DNA of 64,000 nucleotides. Origin: Moniliella sp. 'wahieum'. Taxonomy: Eukaryota. The stretch lies in the NCBI GenBank assembly GCA_003971905.1, contig RSEE01000025.1:186001-250000 (forward strand), written 5' to 3'. Below the pieces are notes generated by a model. The model had not been told where the DNA came from and did no database searches. It saw only the letters and a list, made by a program, of their open reading frames with translations. This document shows, piece after piece, positions 11,303-23,861 of the stretch. A program made the translations under genes and the position numbers. Positions within the stretch are counted from its first letter, which is position 1; every line of letters begins with the position of its first letter.

Positions 11303-13094
11303 TTACGCTCCGTTCCGGCCTTCAGGTGTGTCATCCGCATATGCGTACTGGCCCGCAAACCCAGCCCGCCCTTCCTCGAGTAAGGCAGGCGGATCCAATC
11401 CAACACGTGGATCGAGTCCTGTCCAGGCCCGATCCCCATTTTTGGCATCCGACGCAGTGTTTAGGATCCGGGTCACTGTCCCATCCCCTCGCCGCAGCGC
11501 CACCTGTTTCCCCCCCATGTCGTCCGTGTCTTCTGGAGCCGGCAAACGAGCCAGATCGGCAGCAGGGTAATAGGCAGTCCGAGTGACATACTTGCCCGTC
11601 GCCAAAAAAAATAGGTGGGGCATCTTCCTCCTCCTCTTCTTCCTCCACATCCGCTTCGGTCGCAACAAAGTTGGCCTTCTTTCCCGGTACGGCCCATGGA
11701 CGACCGGTACGAGCTTGGTACTCGTCCACCGCACGCGTATACAGTGCCGCCAAGTCCAACTCATACCCTTTGTCCCATCCGCCAGAGCCAGGAACCCCAT
11801 CCCGCTGCTCCTCTGCCTCTGACGCCAGGGCCACCAGCATCTCAAACGGCGTGACGATCGTACCGAAAAACTCTTTGCTGCCTGGAGGCTCGCGGTTCGC
11901 ACTGCTCCCCGACCCAGCCAAGGCCAACGAGTTTTCGGGACAGGCAACGAGGACGTACGTGTCCACCTCACTAAAGTTAGCCAACTTGGCAGGCGTCAGC
12001 TTTCCCACAGACAAGGTGTACACTTTCCTCCGGCTGCCGCGACCGGTGAGGAGGGCGCGGAGCGCCGCCAACAGCGGACGGTACGCCGCCACGCCCAACG
12101 TGCCCACCACCAGGGCCACCACCCGTGCGTTTGCTCGCTGCACCGCGGCGTAGCGTCGCATCAGCAGCCGGTTCGCCCCGCGGCCAGTTTCCTGCTCCGC
12201 ACGGCCGGTGGTCGGATCGAAAACGATGAACTTTCCGGTGCGCGAGGCAGGTGGGTGGGCCGTCAAGAGCGTGGTCAACGCCAGCGAGTCCCCGCCAATG
12301 TAGACGAGATCGGTTTCGGAGAAAGATACGCTGTCCGGAAGCGGGAGGTGGCGTGTGGATCCTTCGGTCTCATCCGACGGGAGGGGAGCAGCAAGCGTGT
12401 CGGGGGTAAGGGCAGTGTCGCGATGAAGGGCAAGCTTGGCTTCAAAGTTGACACGCGTGTCCAGTTGTTCGGGGACGATGGTGGCGTGGGGGAGGTAAGG
12501 CTGAAGGGCAGCGCAGAGGGCGGGGATTTGGGGCATACCCAACCTCGTAGAGGACAGTCAGGACAGCGCTGCTGGGCTCGGTGGCGGCAATGGCCTCTGC
12601 AGCGGCAGGTACGTCGAGTGGGAGCTTGCTGAACACATACAGCGTGGGAAGACGGGCAGTGCGGGAGAGACAGGCATGGCCAAAGTGGATGAGCGCTTGG
12701 GCGTCCACATGGGCGGCTGCCACCTCGTCCACACAACAGGCGCCATAGGAGGTGTCGGCGAGGATGTAGAGCTCAGGTGGGGAGACGGGTGAGGCCGGAG
12801 AGAGGTGATTGTGCGCGTCGGCCAGACGGGCGAGGTTGCGGTTCAGGGCATGGTACACCGGCACGGAGTCGCACAGCAGCTCATCGGGGAACTGGAGGGC
12901 AACACGCTGCAGTCCATAGGGCTGGGGGCAGCCAAAGAGGCGCTGGGCGGTGCGGGCCAGGTCGTAGACGTCGTCCACCGTCTGGTCCTGGGCAGCGGCT
13001 GATGCGGAGAGCAGGGCCGGGTCCAGCGGCGCCTGGTGCTCAATGATGTCGGCGCGTCCGCGTGGGAGAAGGCAGAGACGGGCGCGGCGGCCAT
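11303..13094 (-). CDS. DPH2: diphthamide biosynthesis protein 2 (frameshifted in assembly)
   Basis: [83 protein letters not shown] and C-terminal [15 protein letters not shown], all Dph2 hallmarks. Confidence 0.93.
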
Positions 13095-13315
13095 GGGTGT
13101 GGGTGGGAGAAGAGGCGGCGTGCTGTTCGTGTCGGCCGTTTCCTGTGGCGGGCGGGACGCCCCGAGCGAAATTATGGGCATCCATCAAAAAGAGCAATAT
13201 GCCAATTGCACCGATGGGCCGGGCGGGCGCTCAGTTTGCGGGCCGCTTCGATATTTTTTTGCGCGCTCGTGTCCGCAGTGGACAGTCCCCACCACGTCTC
13301 CCCTCCTTCCTGGCC
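13095..13315. promoter_or_regulatory. short (221 bp) bidirectional promoter between DPH2 and NSA2
   Basis: Divergent ATGs at 13094 (-) and 13316 (+). Confidence 0.65.
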
Positions 13316-14102
13316 ATGCCGCAGAACGAGTACATTGAGGAGCACATCCGCCGCCATGGTCGCCGCATGGACCATGAGGAGCGCATGCGCAAGAAGGAGG
13401 CCGAATGGTCCACAAGCACTCGGCCATTGCCCAGAGCACCAAGGGCTGGAAAGCCAAGATGCTCAACAAGAAGCGCCGAGCCGAGAAGATTCAGATGAAG
13501 AAGACGATCAAGGCCCACGAGGAGCGCAACGTCAAGCAGCATCAGCCCCGGCTGACGAGGGTGAGGCACGGCCGGCGTATCTGCTGGACCGTGAAGGCGA
13601 GCGCGACGCCAAAGCTCTCTCGTCGGCGGTGAAGGAGCGGAGGAAGGACAAGGCAGCTCGGTTTGCTGTGCCGCTGCCGCAGGTAAGGGGCATTGCGGAG
13701 GACGAGGCATTCAAGGTGGTGCGTTCGGGAAAGCGCAACTCGAATGCGTGGAAGCGCATGGTCACCAAGGCCACATTTGTTGGTGATGGGTTCACCCGGA
13801 AACCGCCCAAGCTGGAACGCTTCATTCGGCCCTCGGGGCTACGCTTCAAGAAGGCTCACATCACCCACCCTGATCTCAAGGCCACCTTCCAACTGCCCAT
13901 CTTGGGGGTCAAGAAGAACCCGCAGTCGCCCATGTACACGCAGCTGGGCGTGCTGACCAAGGGTACGATTATTGAGGTGAATGTGTCGGACCTGGGCATG
14001 GTGACCACGGGTGGCAAGGTGGTGTGGGGCAAGTACGCGCAGGTGACCAACAACCCCGAGAACGACGGGTGTGTGAACGGGGTGCTGCTTCTGTCCGAGT
14101 AG
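13316..14102 (+). CDS. NSA2: ribosome biogenesis protein Nsa2 (intronless; two assembly frameshifts)
   Basis: [109 protein letters not shown]. Confidence 0.97.
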
Positions 14103-14442
14103 GCGGCGGGCGTGGGAAACGATGTGTACTATTACTGCTGGAGTGCGTGCGGGGGGGGCATCGGGGAGGGCTAAGCCGGGAAAGATAGATGGATGGGAGG
14201 GCAGGACGGGTGACGGCTAGGGTTAGCTAGTTCATGCGCTCATGCAAGTCAATTAGTCCGTGGCAGTGCTGTTGGCCGCTGCAGGCCGTAGGGAGGGCAC
14301 GGGCCCTGCTGGACAACTGGGGCGACGCGTGACCCGACGCATGATGCTCCTTGGCCAACCGACCCAACCGCACCCAGCCGCCGCCGTCCGCTCGCTCGTC
14401 TCGCCCACCTCCATCCGCCTCGGCGGCATGTGCTGATTGCTG

Positions 14443-17400
14443 ATGCCCGCCCCGCACCCCTCAGACGTGTACCATCTGCGGGCGCCCCCGTGGCGTGCGC
14501 GCCTCAATGCGCTCGCCCCCCATCTCGGCTGGCCCGATGTCTTTCCCGCCGTCCCCGCCGCGTCCCCCGAGATGACCATCACCCCCGCCTCCGCCCGCTC
14601 GGGGTACACGGCGCAGCTGGCGACCAAGAGCGAAGGCTTCTCTGCCCACGACTTGATGTATGAGCGCCTCTCCTCCACCCAGCACCTCGTCGCGCCCCTG
14701 CTAGCCGAGATTGCTGCGCGCCAGGCGGACCTGGCACGCGCCTCCACCCTCCCCCCCGCCCCGCCAGCTGCCCGCCTGGCCCCGCGTCACGCTCAACGAG
14801 GCCAAGCTGCAGCCTACCTGCGCGACCTCGCCGACCCCTCCGTGCCGCTCGCTCTCGCCTTGCTCGTTCGGTGCCCCACGGCATCCGCGGCGAGCGCTTG
14901 ATCGATATGCTCTACCTCGCCCGCCCGCCCCCCCTCACAGGACGAGCCCAAGCCTCCGCCTTCGGCTCGCGCCACGCCGGAGCGCAGCACCCCCCTCCTC
15001 TATCCTGCCTCTGCTGCTGCTACGCCGTTCCTACCCCCGTGCCCATCGCCCGCGCAGCATGGTTCCTTCACACCGTCGGCGCCACCGACCTGCAATCCGC
15101 CCGGGCCAAGCCCCCACCTGTCGCTGCCGACTTGACCCAGGCTTTGGCTACTGCGCTCAAGCGGCTCATCGACGCCATTCCTGCCCCAGCGGATAGCGGA
15201 GTCTTGCCCAGTAGCACCGGCCTGTACAATGGCGTTGGCACTGGAGTAGGGGTTACAGTCGGAGCCGGGCCTGGGGCGTCTCCTTCTGCACTCTCGCCTT
15301 CACCTGCCGTTGCACCGTCGTCCTCTCCGGTTGTTGCCCTACGCCTGCTACGTTAACTACGTCTGTTACGTTTGCGTCACCACAGTGGACTCATCGACTG
15401 AGCTACCTGCTCACCCTCTCCCGCGTCATGGGCGACTTGCAGTTGCTCCACCCTCCCACCTGGCTGAGGATGAGCAGCGAGCTTTTAGCTCCCGCTCACA
15501 TTGGTCAGCTCCCCTTCCTCCTCCCCCTGCTTGATCATGCCTCCACTCTTTCCACAGACTGGGGCACCACTGCCACTTGCCCGCTGCCTTAACGGCATTG
15601 GTACGTGCCCACGCTACCACCACTCTCAGCCTTCGTGCCCTGGTCGAGGGCGAGGGGGGCATGCCTTGGCCGTGTCGCTTGTGCAGCAAACCACACGCTT
15701 GGCTCGCGGGATAGTGCTTTCTTCGCCACGTGTCTTGGTAGCTCCTCGGCTCTGGTCGTTATTCGCAGCGTCGCTCCCGCTCGTGTTGGGCCTCACCGAA
15801 AACCGCCCCGACACAGAGCAGGATGCAGTCTGCGGTCTGTACTTGGCCGTGCTCAAGCACGGGTGCATCGACTGACGCTCTTGCCGTTGGCTGGACGCCT
15901 GCCTCCGCCCTGCACCGAATTTGACACAGCGGTCTCGCTCGCCCAGCTACTTGATGCGCTCGAACCCAGCTGCGACCTGGGAGCCTGCTTTGTGCAACTC
16001 TTTGGTCTGCCCGCTCTCCCTCCCAAACGCAACGTCGAGTAGAGGAACTTCCTCTGGGCTTGCTCTCCATCTCATTTTCTTCCATCAGAGGGTCAAGACT
16101 GGCCTGCTGGCATGGCTGACGCCGCCCCACGCATCGCGCTCGTGTCTACTTGGCTCATTTGGCTACATGGGTGTGGGGTGACGTTCCCCGTTGGCTCGAG
16201 TCCCGTCTTCAAGCAGGCGAGATGAGTGAGGAGGAACATGCGGAGTTTTTGGCCCAATCGGTACCTGCAACTGGGGAACATGAGGAGGAGACATTGCCAC
16301 CTCCACGACCGAAGCCCAAACCTTTCTCGCTAGATCTCTTTCTCCCATGTTGGCTGGAGGAGGTGCAGAGGGCCTACCAGCTTTCCTCCAACCCGCCAAC
16401 GTCGAGTCCCAAACTCATCTCCCTCCCTCTCCCGCGCACATCTGCCCAGCCGATCCCATCACTTCCGGTCCAGGCTAGGGCAGCAGTCGAGTTCGCGCCC
16501 CTTGCGGCTCTTGTTGAGGCGCTGCTCAACTGGGGCTCTCTCGTACGCCACCTTGCTTAGGGCCGCAGGCCCGGGCTTACGTGCGGGCCAATCCGCTACT
16601 CTGGCATCACGGCTGGTTCGCTACGTCCCTCTGCCCCCTGGGGAAGACGCATCGGTGCGAAGGCGCACAATTTATGGTTCCCGCTCCCGGGACCGGGAGA
16701 CCTGGGATGAAGCTATGGAGCGCCGAGCTAGCAGAGAACTCGAGGCGCTCTTCCCCCTCCTCCGCGGACAGGAAAGCAAGGAGCAAGACCTGTCCGCTTG
16801 CAAGGAGGAAATTGAGACGCGTCTGCCGCACTTGTGGGATAGCACACCTCATGTCCAGCGTGCCGTACTGGCGCCTCTCGTTACGGCTGTTGCTCGGCTG
16901 TTTCCTCACGAGGGATGGCGTCCCTCCTTCTCCCCTCGCCTAGGTACCGCAGACTTGCAACGTCTCCTACTTCTCCTTGAGCGTGCTTGTGATTGGGATG
17001 CATTGGCTCAGGTACGTCTATCTATAGCCGGTTGACATTGGACTGACTTCTTTCCAGCTTCTGCTTTTGGTTTTGCATGATGTCTCGATCCAGGAGAACG
17101 TGCGTTACGCGTCTGCTCTCCCATTGGTGGAAACATCGGTGGTGTGTCATGCCCTGCTGTGGACCGCCCGCGGGGAGCTCGCCACGATGATCACGTCGCT
17201 CCAGGCCTGTTCCCGCTACGCTTCCATCCATCCACGCCCTACAGTACGATGGGCACGCGGGTGCTCCTATCTCTCGTAAGGGCAGGGAGTGGCCCGGCAC
17301 TTGAAGCAGTAGCGGAAATGCGCGAGCCTTCCGATGCTGTGGCGGAGGACCTTGCTGTCAGTCCGCCGCCCGGGGAAAGTTCGACGAGATCCAGTCTGAA

Positions 17401-20400
17401 ACGCTGGCTTCCTTCCAAACCTGCTTTCATCGTCCCCAGAACTGGAGCCGATGTTGCGTGCGAGTATGCTGGGATCGCCAGAGCCTGTTGCACTAGCCGC
17501 CATCCAGGCTTCGATCCAGGCTCATCTCGCATTCGAGGAGCTTGACCCGAACTCCACGTCCAGAGGCACGGGTCGAGGATCGACATCTTTGACCAGACTC
17601 TGCTCGACCTCGTGCAGGACGTGGTGGTGAATGCTGATGCGGCTGTGGCTTCTGCTCTGGAAACCGTGGCGACGGGCAGCCTGCTTCGCGCCCTGCCGGC
17701 ACTCTCTCCGCTCTGCTCGGACTCGTCAAGAAGGCGGCTGTGGGGCTGACGTGCTTGTCTCTCATCTCGTCTGCCGTTCCTACATGCATCAGATCCTCCT
17801 GGTCCGATCCGCTCCTCCGTTTCCTTAATGACCTTGCCGCCGCCAAACGCAATCAGCCTCCCATTAGGACGAGAGGTGTTTCGTCTCTTGGGCAAAGCGT
17901 CGTCCAAGGCATTCCTGCTTCCCCTCCTTTTGGCCTTGCTCGATATTATCCCCGCACCACATCGTCCTATTCTGTGGGGGGAGCTGCGCCGCCCTCAACT
18001 CTGGAAAGAAGGCATGCGTGCTGTTGCCTGCGGACACGGGTCGCTTCACACGCCCCCACTGAAAGGCGGTCCGATTACCTCGCTCATCACGCCCTGGTCG
18101 CTTCACATGGCCCTAGAGCGGATCTGTGCATTGCCCTCGGCCCGCTCGTCGTGTCTTCCCCACTGACAGGGTTGCCAGCTCGGAGGGGCGACGAATCGGA
18201 CGAAGCCGCGCTGGCACCCGTCCTGATTGAACGCCTATTTACCCCCACTCGACCCGTGCGGGCGAACAGGTCCTGATGCTCTCCCCTCCTTCACTAGGGA
18301 ACCGGGTCCACACACTACTCCTCACAGCACTTGTGCGAGGAATGGAGAGTATTTCAGACCCATCTCGCATGGAGGGGCGGGACAAGGAACTGCATTCAAC
18401 TGAAGCAGCGTTGGCACAACTCGTCCGGATCCGCCACCTCTTGGGTGTCAAGACTGTATACCCTGCCGATGTGCCTCTTTGGTCGGCGCTGATTCATGCG
18501 GTGTGAAGCTCCTCGGCGCCGGAGAGAGCAACCTTCTGAGCCGACCATCCTCGCGATCCATGCAGTCTGGCTCCTGTGCCAGCCCAACGAATGGTGGACA
18601 GCAAGCCAGGCCATGCGCGGGATGGTCCCCCGGTTATATGCCCGCCTGGCCCGCTTGCTCATCTCCGCTGCAGGACGGGGGGAGATGGATGTGGTGGCAC
18701 TCAGCCTCGACTCTCTTAATATTGGTGGAGGACATTCCGACGAGCTTGCTCCCTTTGCCAGCAAGGAGTCAACCTTTCTCCTCCAGCAGAGGGGCAGGGT
18801 CACTCCAACCTAGCTGGCTAGCCTCTGTTCCGTCCCCTCTGGCACAGGATGTAGCTAGGGTCCTACTCCCTTCCTGCCCCCAACGGGAGAAGGGTACTTG
18901 CTCCCTCTCTCACTGTTGCATTGCGGGAATCTTACTTCACTCCAGTGGAGACCAAGACGTGGGAACTTGTCCCTTCACTCCGCCAGTCAGATGGTGGACC
19001 AACTGCACCACCTGGGACGGAGGCGTACACGACAACCTATGATCCTTTAGGAAGTATACCAGACCAAGGCGTTCTCTCTCTTGCCTCCTTTGCCGCCCGG
19101 AAGGAACGAGACGGGCCAAGGCTTCACCTCCTCCCGCACCCGCGTCCTATTTTCCCTCACGACGACTCGACCGTCGCTCGCTCCATTGAGGCCGAAAGAA
19201 CGTATGGTACCTACGCTCTGATCCGCCTGAAGTACGGGCAATGCGGACCCATGCCTCGACAATACTTAAGCTCCGTACCCGTTGGAGGAAGAGGGGCGCA
19301 TCCTTGACCCACCCCCGCCAATCGTTGTGGACGAAGAGGAAGACATTGTTCGCGTACTGTCCCCTCCCCATGGAGACGGTGGAAAACTGTTCCTCGCCCA
19401 TGTCAAGTATCCTCTCAGACTCAGAACCGGAACCAGAACCCGAAGCCAGTCCTCCTGGCAGCCCAGCACTGTCCATGTTGCTTAAATGAAGTCGCCCCAT
19501 CAGCTGCGCCCTCAGCCTTGGGGTCGCCTACTCAGAATGCCACAACAGGGACTGAGAGTACCCTTCCAACCTCTGCACCCCTTCCATCCCGCTCCTGAAC
19601 CCATCACCCAGAAATCACCGCCTCCCCCACCCGCAAACGGCCTCGCCCTAAAGCGGCCAAGCCCAAAAACTCGACCGTCCCGCCCAGCCAGCGGCGTCTC
19701 CTGCCACGCCCAACCCCTTCCTGCCCCGTGCCTGTTTCCCCCGCTCCACCCACTCCAGCGAGCGTTCAACTTGGCTCTCTGGCTCCTACCTCCCCTCAAG
19801 CCCAACCTGCACCACCCAAGCCTACTAGGGGGAGGAAACGCAAGGCCCCCCAGAGCACTCCGTCGAAAATGCAGGGGATAGTCTCGCCCCCACGGACAGA
19901 GTAAGGACACGGAACCAACGGACTCCGCGAAAGGCAAGCGGGGCAGTGTGAGTGGGCAAATCCCACCTCCGGCTCCCCCGTTGCTCCCCTGCCACCTGCT
20001 ATTCCAGCCCCAGGAATACCCTTATCGTCCCATCCTGCTGCGGTGTGGGCCCCGCAGGAGCACACCTAAGCTCCTCCTATACTGCTCTTTTCTCTAACCC
20101 CTCAAGCCTCCTACCACCTCACCCCGGGAGACGTTAATACTGCGTTCCCTATTGCTCAGCCCGCCCAGCCCGTCAGCCCACTCAACCGCTCAGCCCACTC
20201 AGCCCACTCAGCCCGCCCAGCCCGCTCACACATGTTCAGCAAGCTCAGCAAGCTCAACAAGTTCAGCCCCCTCATCCCGTTCAGCCAGCCCCTCTTTCCG
20301 GTCCCGCATGTAGTCGGTACAGTTGTACCTTCACTTGGAGCTGCTGGGCAGGCCACTGAGCCCGCTCCTTCCCCCCAGAGAGGGGAAAGCGTGGCCGGGG

Positions 20401-20896
20401 GAGACCACGAAGGCCGCGTGGGGCTGGACGTCCCACCACCGGGCGCGGGACGAAACGAGCGGCAAGGGGACGTGCCAAGCTGCAAACAACAGACGTTCCT
20501 GTTCCTCCAGCGTCCCAATCGAACATAACCCCGCAGGTGGGATCGGAGGCTGGTACCACTCGCTCTTTCGCCCCGACCCCATTCGCCCCCGACTCGTCCC
20601 AGCTCCTACCCCCTGCTATGCCGAGTATGGGTTGGGGACAAATGGGCACCCCCCACCTTGCTCCGGGAAATGTGGCTAGGCCATCCAACTTGCGCAGCTC
20701 GCCCATCCGCGCAGGAACGCTGTCCATCCCTCTTCCCAACCCTGCGGGGAACGTGCACCTCTCTCCCCACATGTCAGGAGGAGTCTCCCAGATGCCTTCA
20801 GACTTGGCTCCTTCCATGGGGATTCCTCTCAAGGAGATGGTTACTTATCCTCCGCGCCCCAAGGCTCTGATCCCCTGTTTGGCACGAGCTTTTTAG
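14443..20896 (+). CDS. MED12: Mediator kinase-module subunit 12 (Med12/Srb8); many frameshifts, 3' end approximate
   Basis: LGWPDVFP..E; EGFSAHDL; RVTLNEAK..YLRDLADPSVPL..VPHGIRGERLIDML; VPIARAAWFL (Med12 N-domain); GT..CTGAC..CAG intron at 17012-17057; late WEL..DQGVLSLASFAARK; P/Q-rich tail. Confidence 0.82.
20157..20290 (+). repeat. 9-bp coding minisatellite (CAGCCCRCY)n, encoding QPA/QPT then QQA repeats
   Basis: cagcccgcc cagcccgt cagcccact caaccgct cagcccact cagcccact cagcccgcc cagcccgct ... cagcaagct cagcaagct caacaagtt, in the presumed Med12 tail. Confidence 0.7.
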
Positions 20897-21703
20897 GGTC
20901 CGGGGGGATGGATGCATCCATCGACCAAGGGTTCGATCCGTGGTTTCCCAGTATGTTTGGGTTGAATGCCACTCCCCGTGGGCCAATGCGGGAGAAGCTA
21001 GTCAGGATGACACAATGGGTGAGTCCAACGGATGGAACTTTATGTCCTAGTTTCTTGTTTACCTCGCGCTTGTCGTACTACTCGCTCTGTTCTCCCATCG
21101 TTGTTCATACCCATCTGCGATTTGCCTGGTGCATGTACTACGAACTCGTTTTGCATTTGTGGGGTGATCGCGGCCATGACTTAGATCAGTTGCTTCGGCT
21201 GCTAGCATACGTAGGCGGAAGAAGGGCTTTGGTTGGATGTGGTGGAGCCTGTGCTGTGTGCATGAGGCCTGCCCAAGGCAACGGCTGCAGCCTACGAGAT
21301 GAGGGTCATGATAGAGGTAGTAGGACTACTAGTACTCTACTAACCGTATACCTGGTAGTGTGTCGCTCTGACAACACGCAGGCAACATCAGCTGTCCGCA
21401 AGTAAAGGAGCGTTTTATCAAACGAAGAAGCCACTGCCATAAGTGCGGGGTCGATCAGGAATATCATTGTACATCCACAGTCCAAGCAATTGCCGTTTTG
21501 TTGGTAAGAAATGAGAGTCTTTAGGGGAGCAGAAGAGACGAATGTAGGAGCGAAAACAGCATTGCGTGTGAAGAGATAAAAAGGATGGAGGTCATCTCCC
21601 TAACGTAGGAGTGCAGGCGTTGTCGTGGGTTAAGATGCGGTAGGACTTGGCGTAGGACGTAAATCCCGATTCGACCTAGTAGGCGCCACTGTGGCTTTAC
21701 CCC

Positions 21704-22618
21704 TCAACTCCCCCATTGAACCAAAAAACCGTCTCTTTCCCAAGCACCTTCATCCAGCCCTTCATCTCCATCATCACCCCCTTGGTTGGAGCCGCCTGCT
21801 GAAGATGTTTTCCCCCCTGTAGCCTCAGGATTCAGTACGTTCTCCATCAAAGGCACAGTCGGTAGCATGTTTGGAGGGCGGGCTTGAAGGTACAAGACCG
21901 GCTTGTGTAGGCAGAAGACATAGGTCAGTATGGACGTATGGAGTGATGGATCTTAAAAGCACATACCATTTTCGCCCCTGCCTGACCCCCCCCTCCGTTC
22001 TGATACATCTGGAGAGCAAACGCAGGGTCGGCATTTTCTTTGGTGTCTGCCCAAGGCGCTGTGCCCGCGTCAGGCTCAAGAAAGTTATACCAGAGCGGGA
22101 TGAGTTCCGGCTGGACATAGTAGTATTGCTGCACGGTCTGGCGAGCACACACGTCAAACACCATCACTTTCCCATCGCTCTTCCAAGGCTGAAGGGATAG
22201 ACTGCCATTGGAGTTGATTTGGTAGGTGCCATGCTGCCAAATGAGTGAGGCTTTGATGCATCGGTTCACCGTTGCTGTACAGTTTCAGTGGGGACACGAG
22301 CATTCGGGTCAGCCGTCCGTTGTCGACCTGGAATAGCACACCACCTCATGTGGGAAACGTACAATTGGATGTGTAAATGTACTTAGCCTCCTCAAAGAAG
22401 CCATCTTGCGTAAAGGAGTAAGAGATCCCACTGGTCGAGGGCACGGTGAACTTGGCATTAGCTGGGTTGAAGAATCTCAGCCCAGTAGTGACGTTGCCAG
22501 AGCCGCTGGACCAAGTACCATCGATCCCAGTGACATTGTTCAAGTCGGCAGCAGTGATGGTCTGGAGTAGGGGGAGGGCAGCCAGCAGCCCAAGCATGGC
22601 ACCGGAGAGAAGCTTCAT
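21704..22618 (-). CDS. ROT1: ER chaperone Rot1 (two introns, ~22277-22361 and 21902-21966)
   Basis: Signal peptide; GTWSSGSGNVTTG..FFNP..PSTSGISYSFTQDGFFEEAKY; C..ASLIWQHGTY..NGSLSLQP..DG; LYLQARPPNMLPT after splicing gtatgt..ctgac..aag. Confidence 0.92.
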
Positions 22619-23861
22619 GCTTCGATGTTAGTGGATTGGAGCTTTAGTGGGCGATGAGGGGCGGCGATGGTGGCGGAGAAAAGGAGAAGAGGAACGGCTG
22701 GAGTGACTAGTACAGTGGTGCAGCGAAGAGCATCTGCCCTTACTCGCGTCACGCGTCATGACGCATGGCTGTTGGGCGCGATGGACGTACGATGGACGTT
22801 GGAGATTGCTGCTGATTTCTTTGTGGGAGCTCCAAGGCGCCAGAGCAAAGAGCCTCTTCGCCTTGTAGTTTGTGAGCGAGACGAGCGAGCGAGCGGAGGG
22901 GTCGATGTTGCGTTGGACAGCAGCAGGCTTGGGGGCGCTGTTCCGCATCCGCCGCGGCTGCGGCTGAGAGGAGCGAGCAGGGTCTGGACACACTGACCCG
23001 GTGCCTTCCCCACAGCAGTGATCTCGTGCGACCCACATTAGCCCCCAAGCAGCCTCAAACCCACTCTAGTTTAGTTGCCCACGGCTCGCTGTTGCAGCTA
23101 CACCGCCTCCTTACCATCCGAATGCTCGAGAGTACGCCAAACAGGTGGCATCAAGCCCATCAAGCGTGTTGCTCACATAGCTCACATGCCCTCACTAGCG
23201 TTCGCGTAGTCGATCGTGTGGTACTCGACAAAGCCATCAAGTTGTCAACTGTGCCTCGTCGGCCCGCCGGGTAGGCAAGGAAGCGCGTGCGTTCGTTTAT
23301 CACCCCCCTAGGCTGCCTGGCGGGCTCAGATCAAGGTCGAGCGCAAGGCACCAAATGGGATTTGGCTGGTGCCGCAGAAATTGGCAAGACGGTCTTTGAA
23401 CGGCTTGACCGCGGCAGCTGTGAGCGGGAGCTTACTTAGTTGTATAGAGCTGATAGCATCGGACGCCTGTACCGAAAATCCCGCTTCGGAGCCCGCAATA
23501 CCGGCACGAACGATGAGGAATGTATTGGTGGGTGTGCCTTTCCAGCGTGCGTCAAGATGAAATGGCTTTTGGGGATGGATTGGGGACCAAGGAATCACGG
23601 CGGAAGAGGGGCAAGAGATCGACCAAACGAAGCATACGCAGGCCTCGTTCGCCCTCTACCAAAGCTCGTTTACCATCGATTCTCCAAAAAAGGAAATCAA
23701 CCCCAGCTCCGCCTCGCATTTCTTCTAACATGCCCCCCATCCTTGCTGTCGATGCCACCCCCCTTTCAACATCACATCTGCCGTCCCGTTCCGATTTCCC
23801 CTGACGGTGTGGTATACCAGCATATGGATGATGCCACAAGAGAAGACGAAGGAGTGAATGA

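Noticed and set aside
11303..20896. Pseudogene calls for DPH2, NSA2 and MED12
   Set aside because: Strong motif conservation in all segments; the indel pattern fits assembly error.
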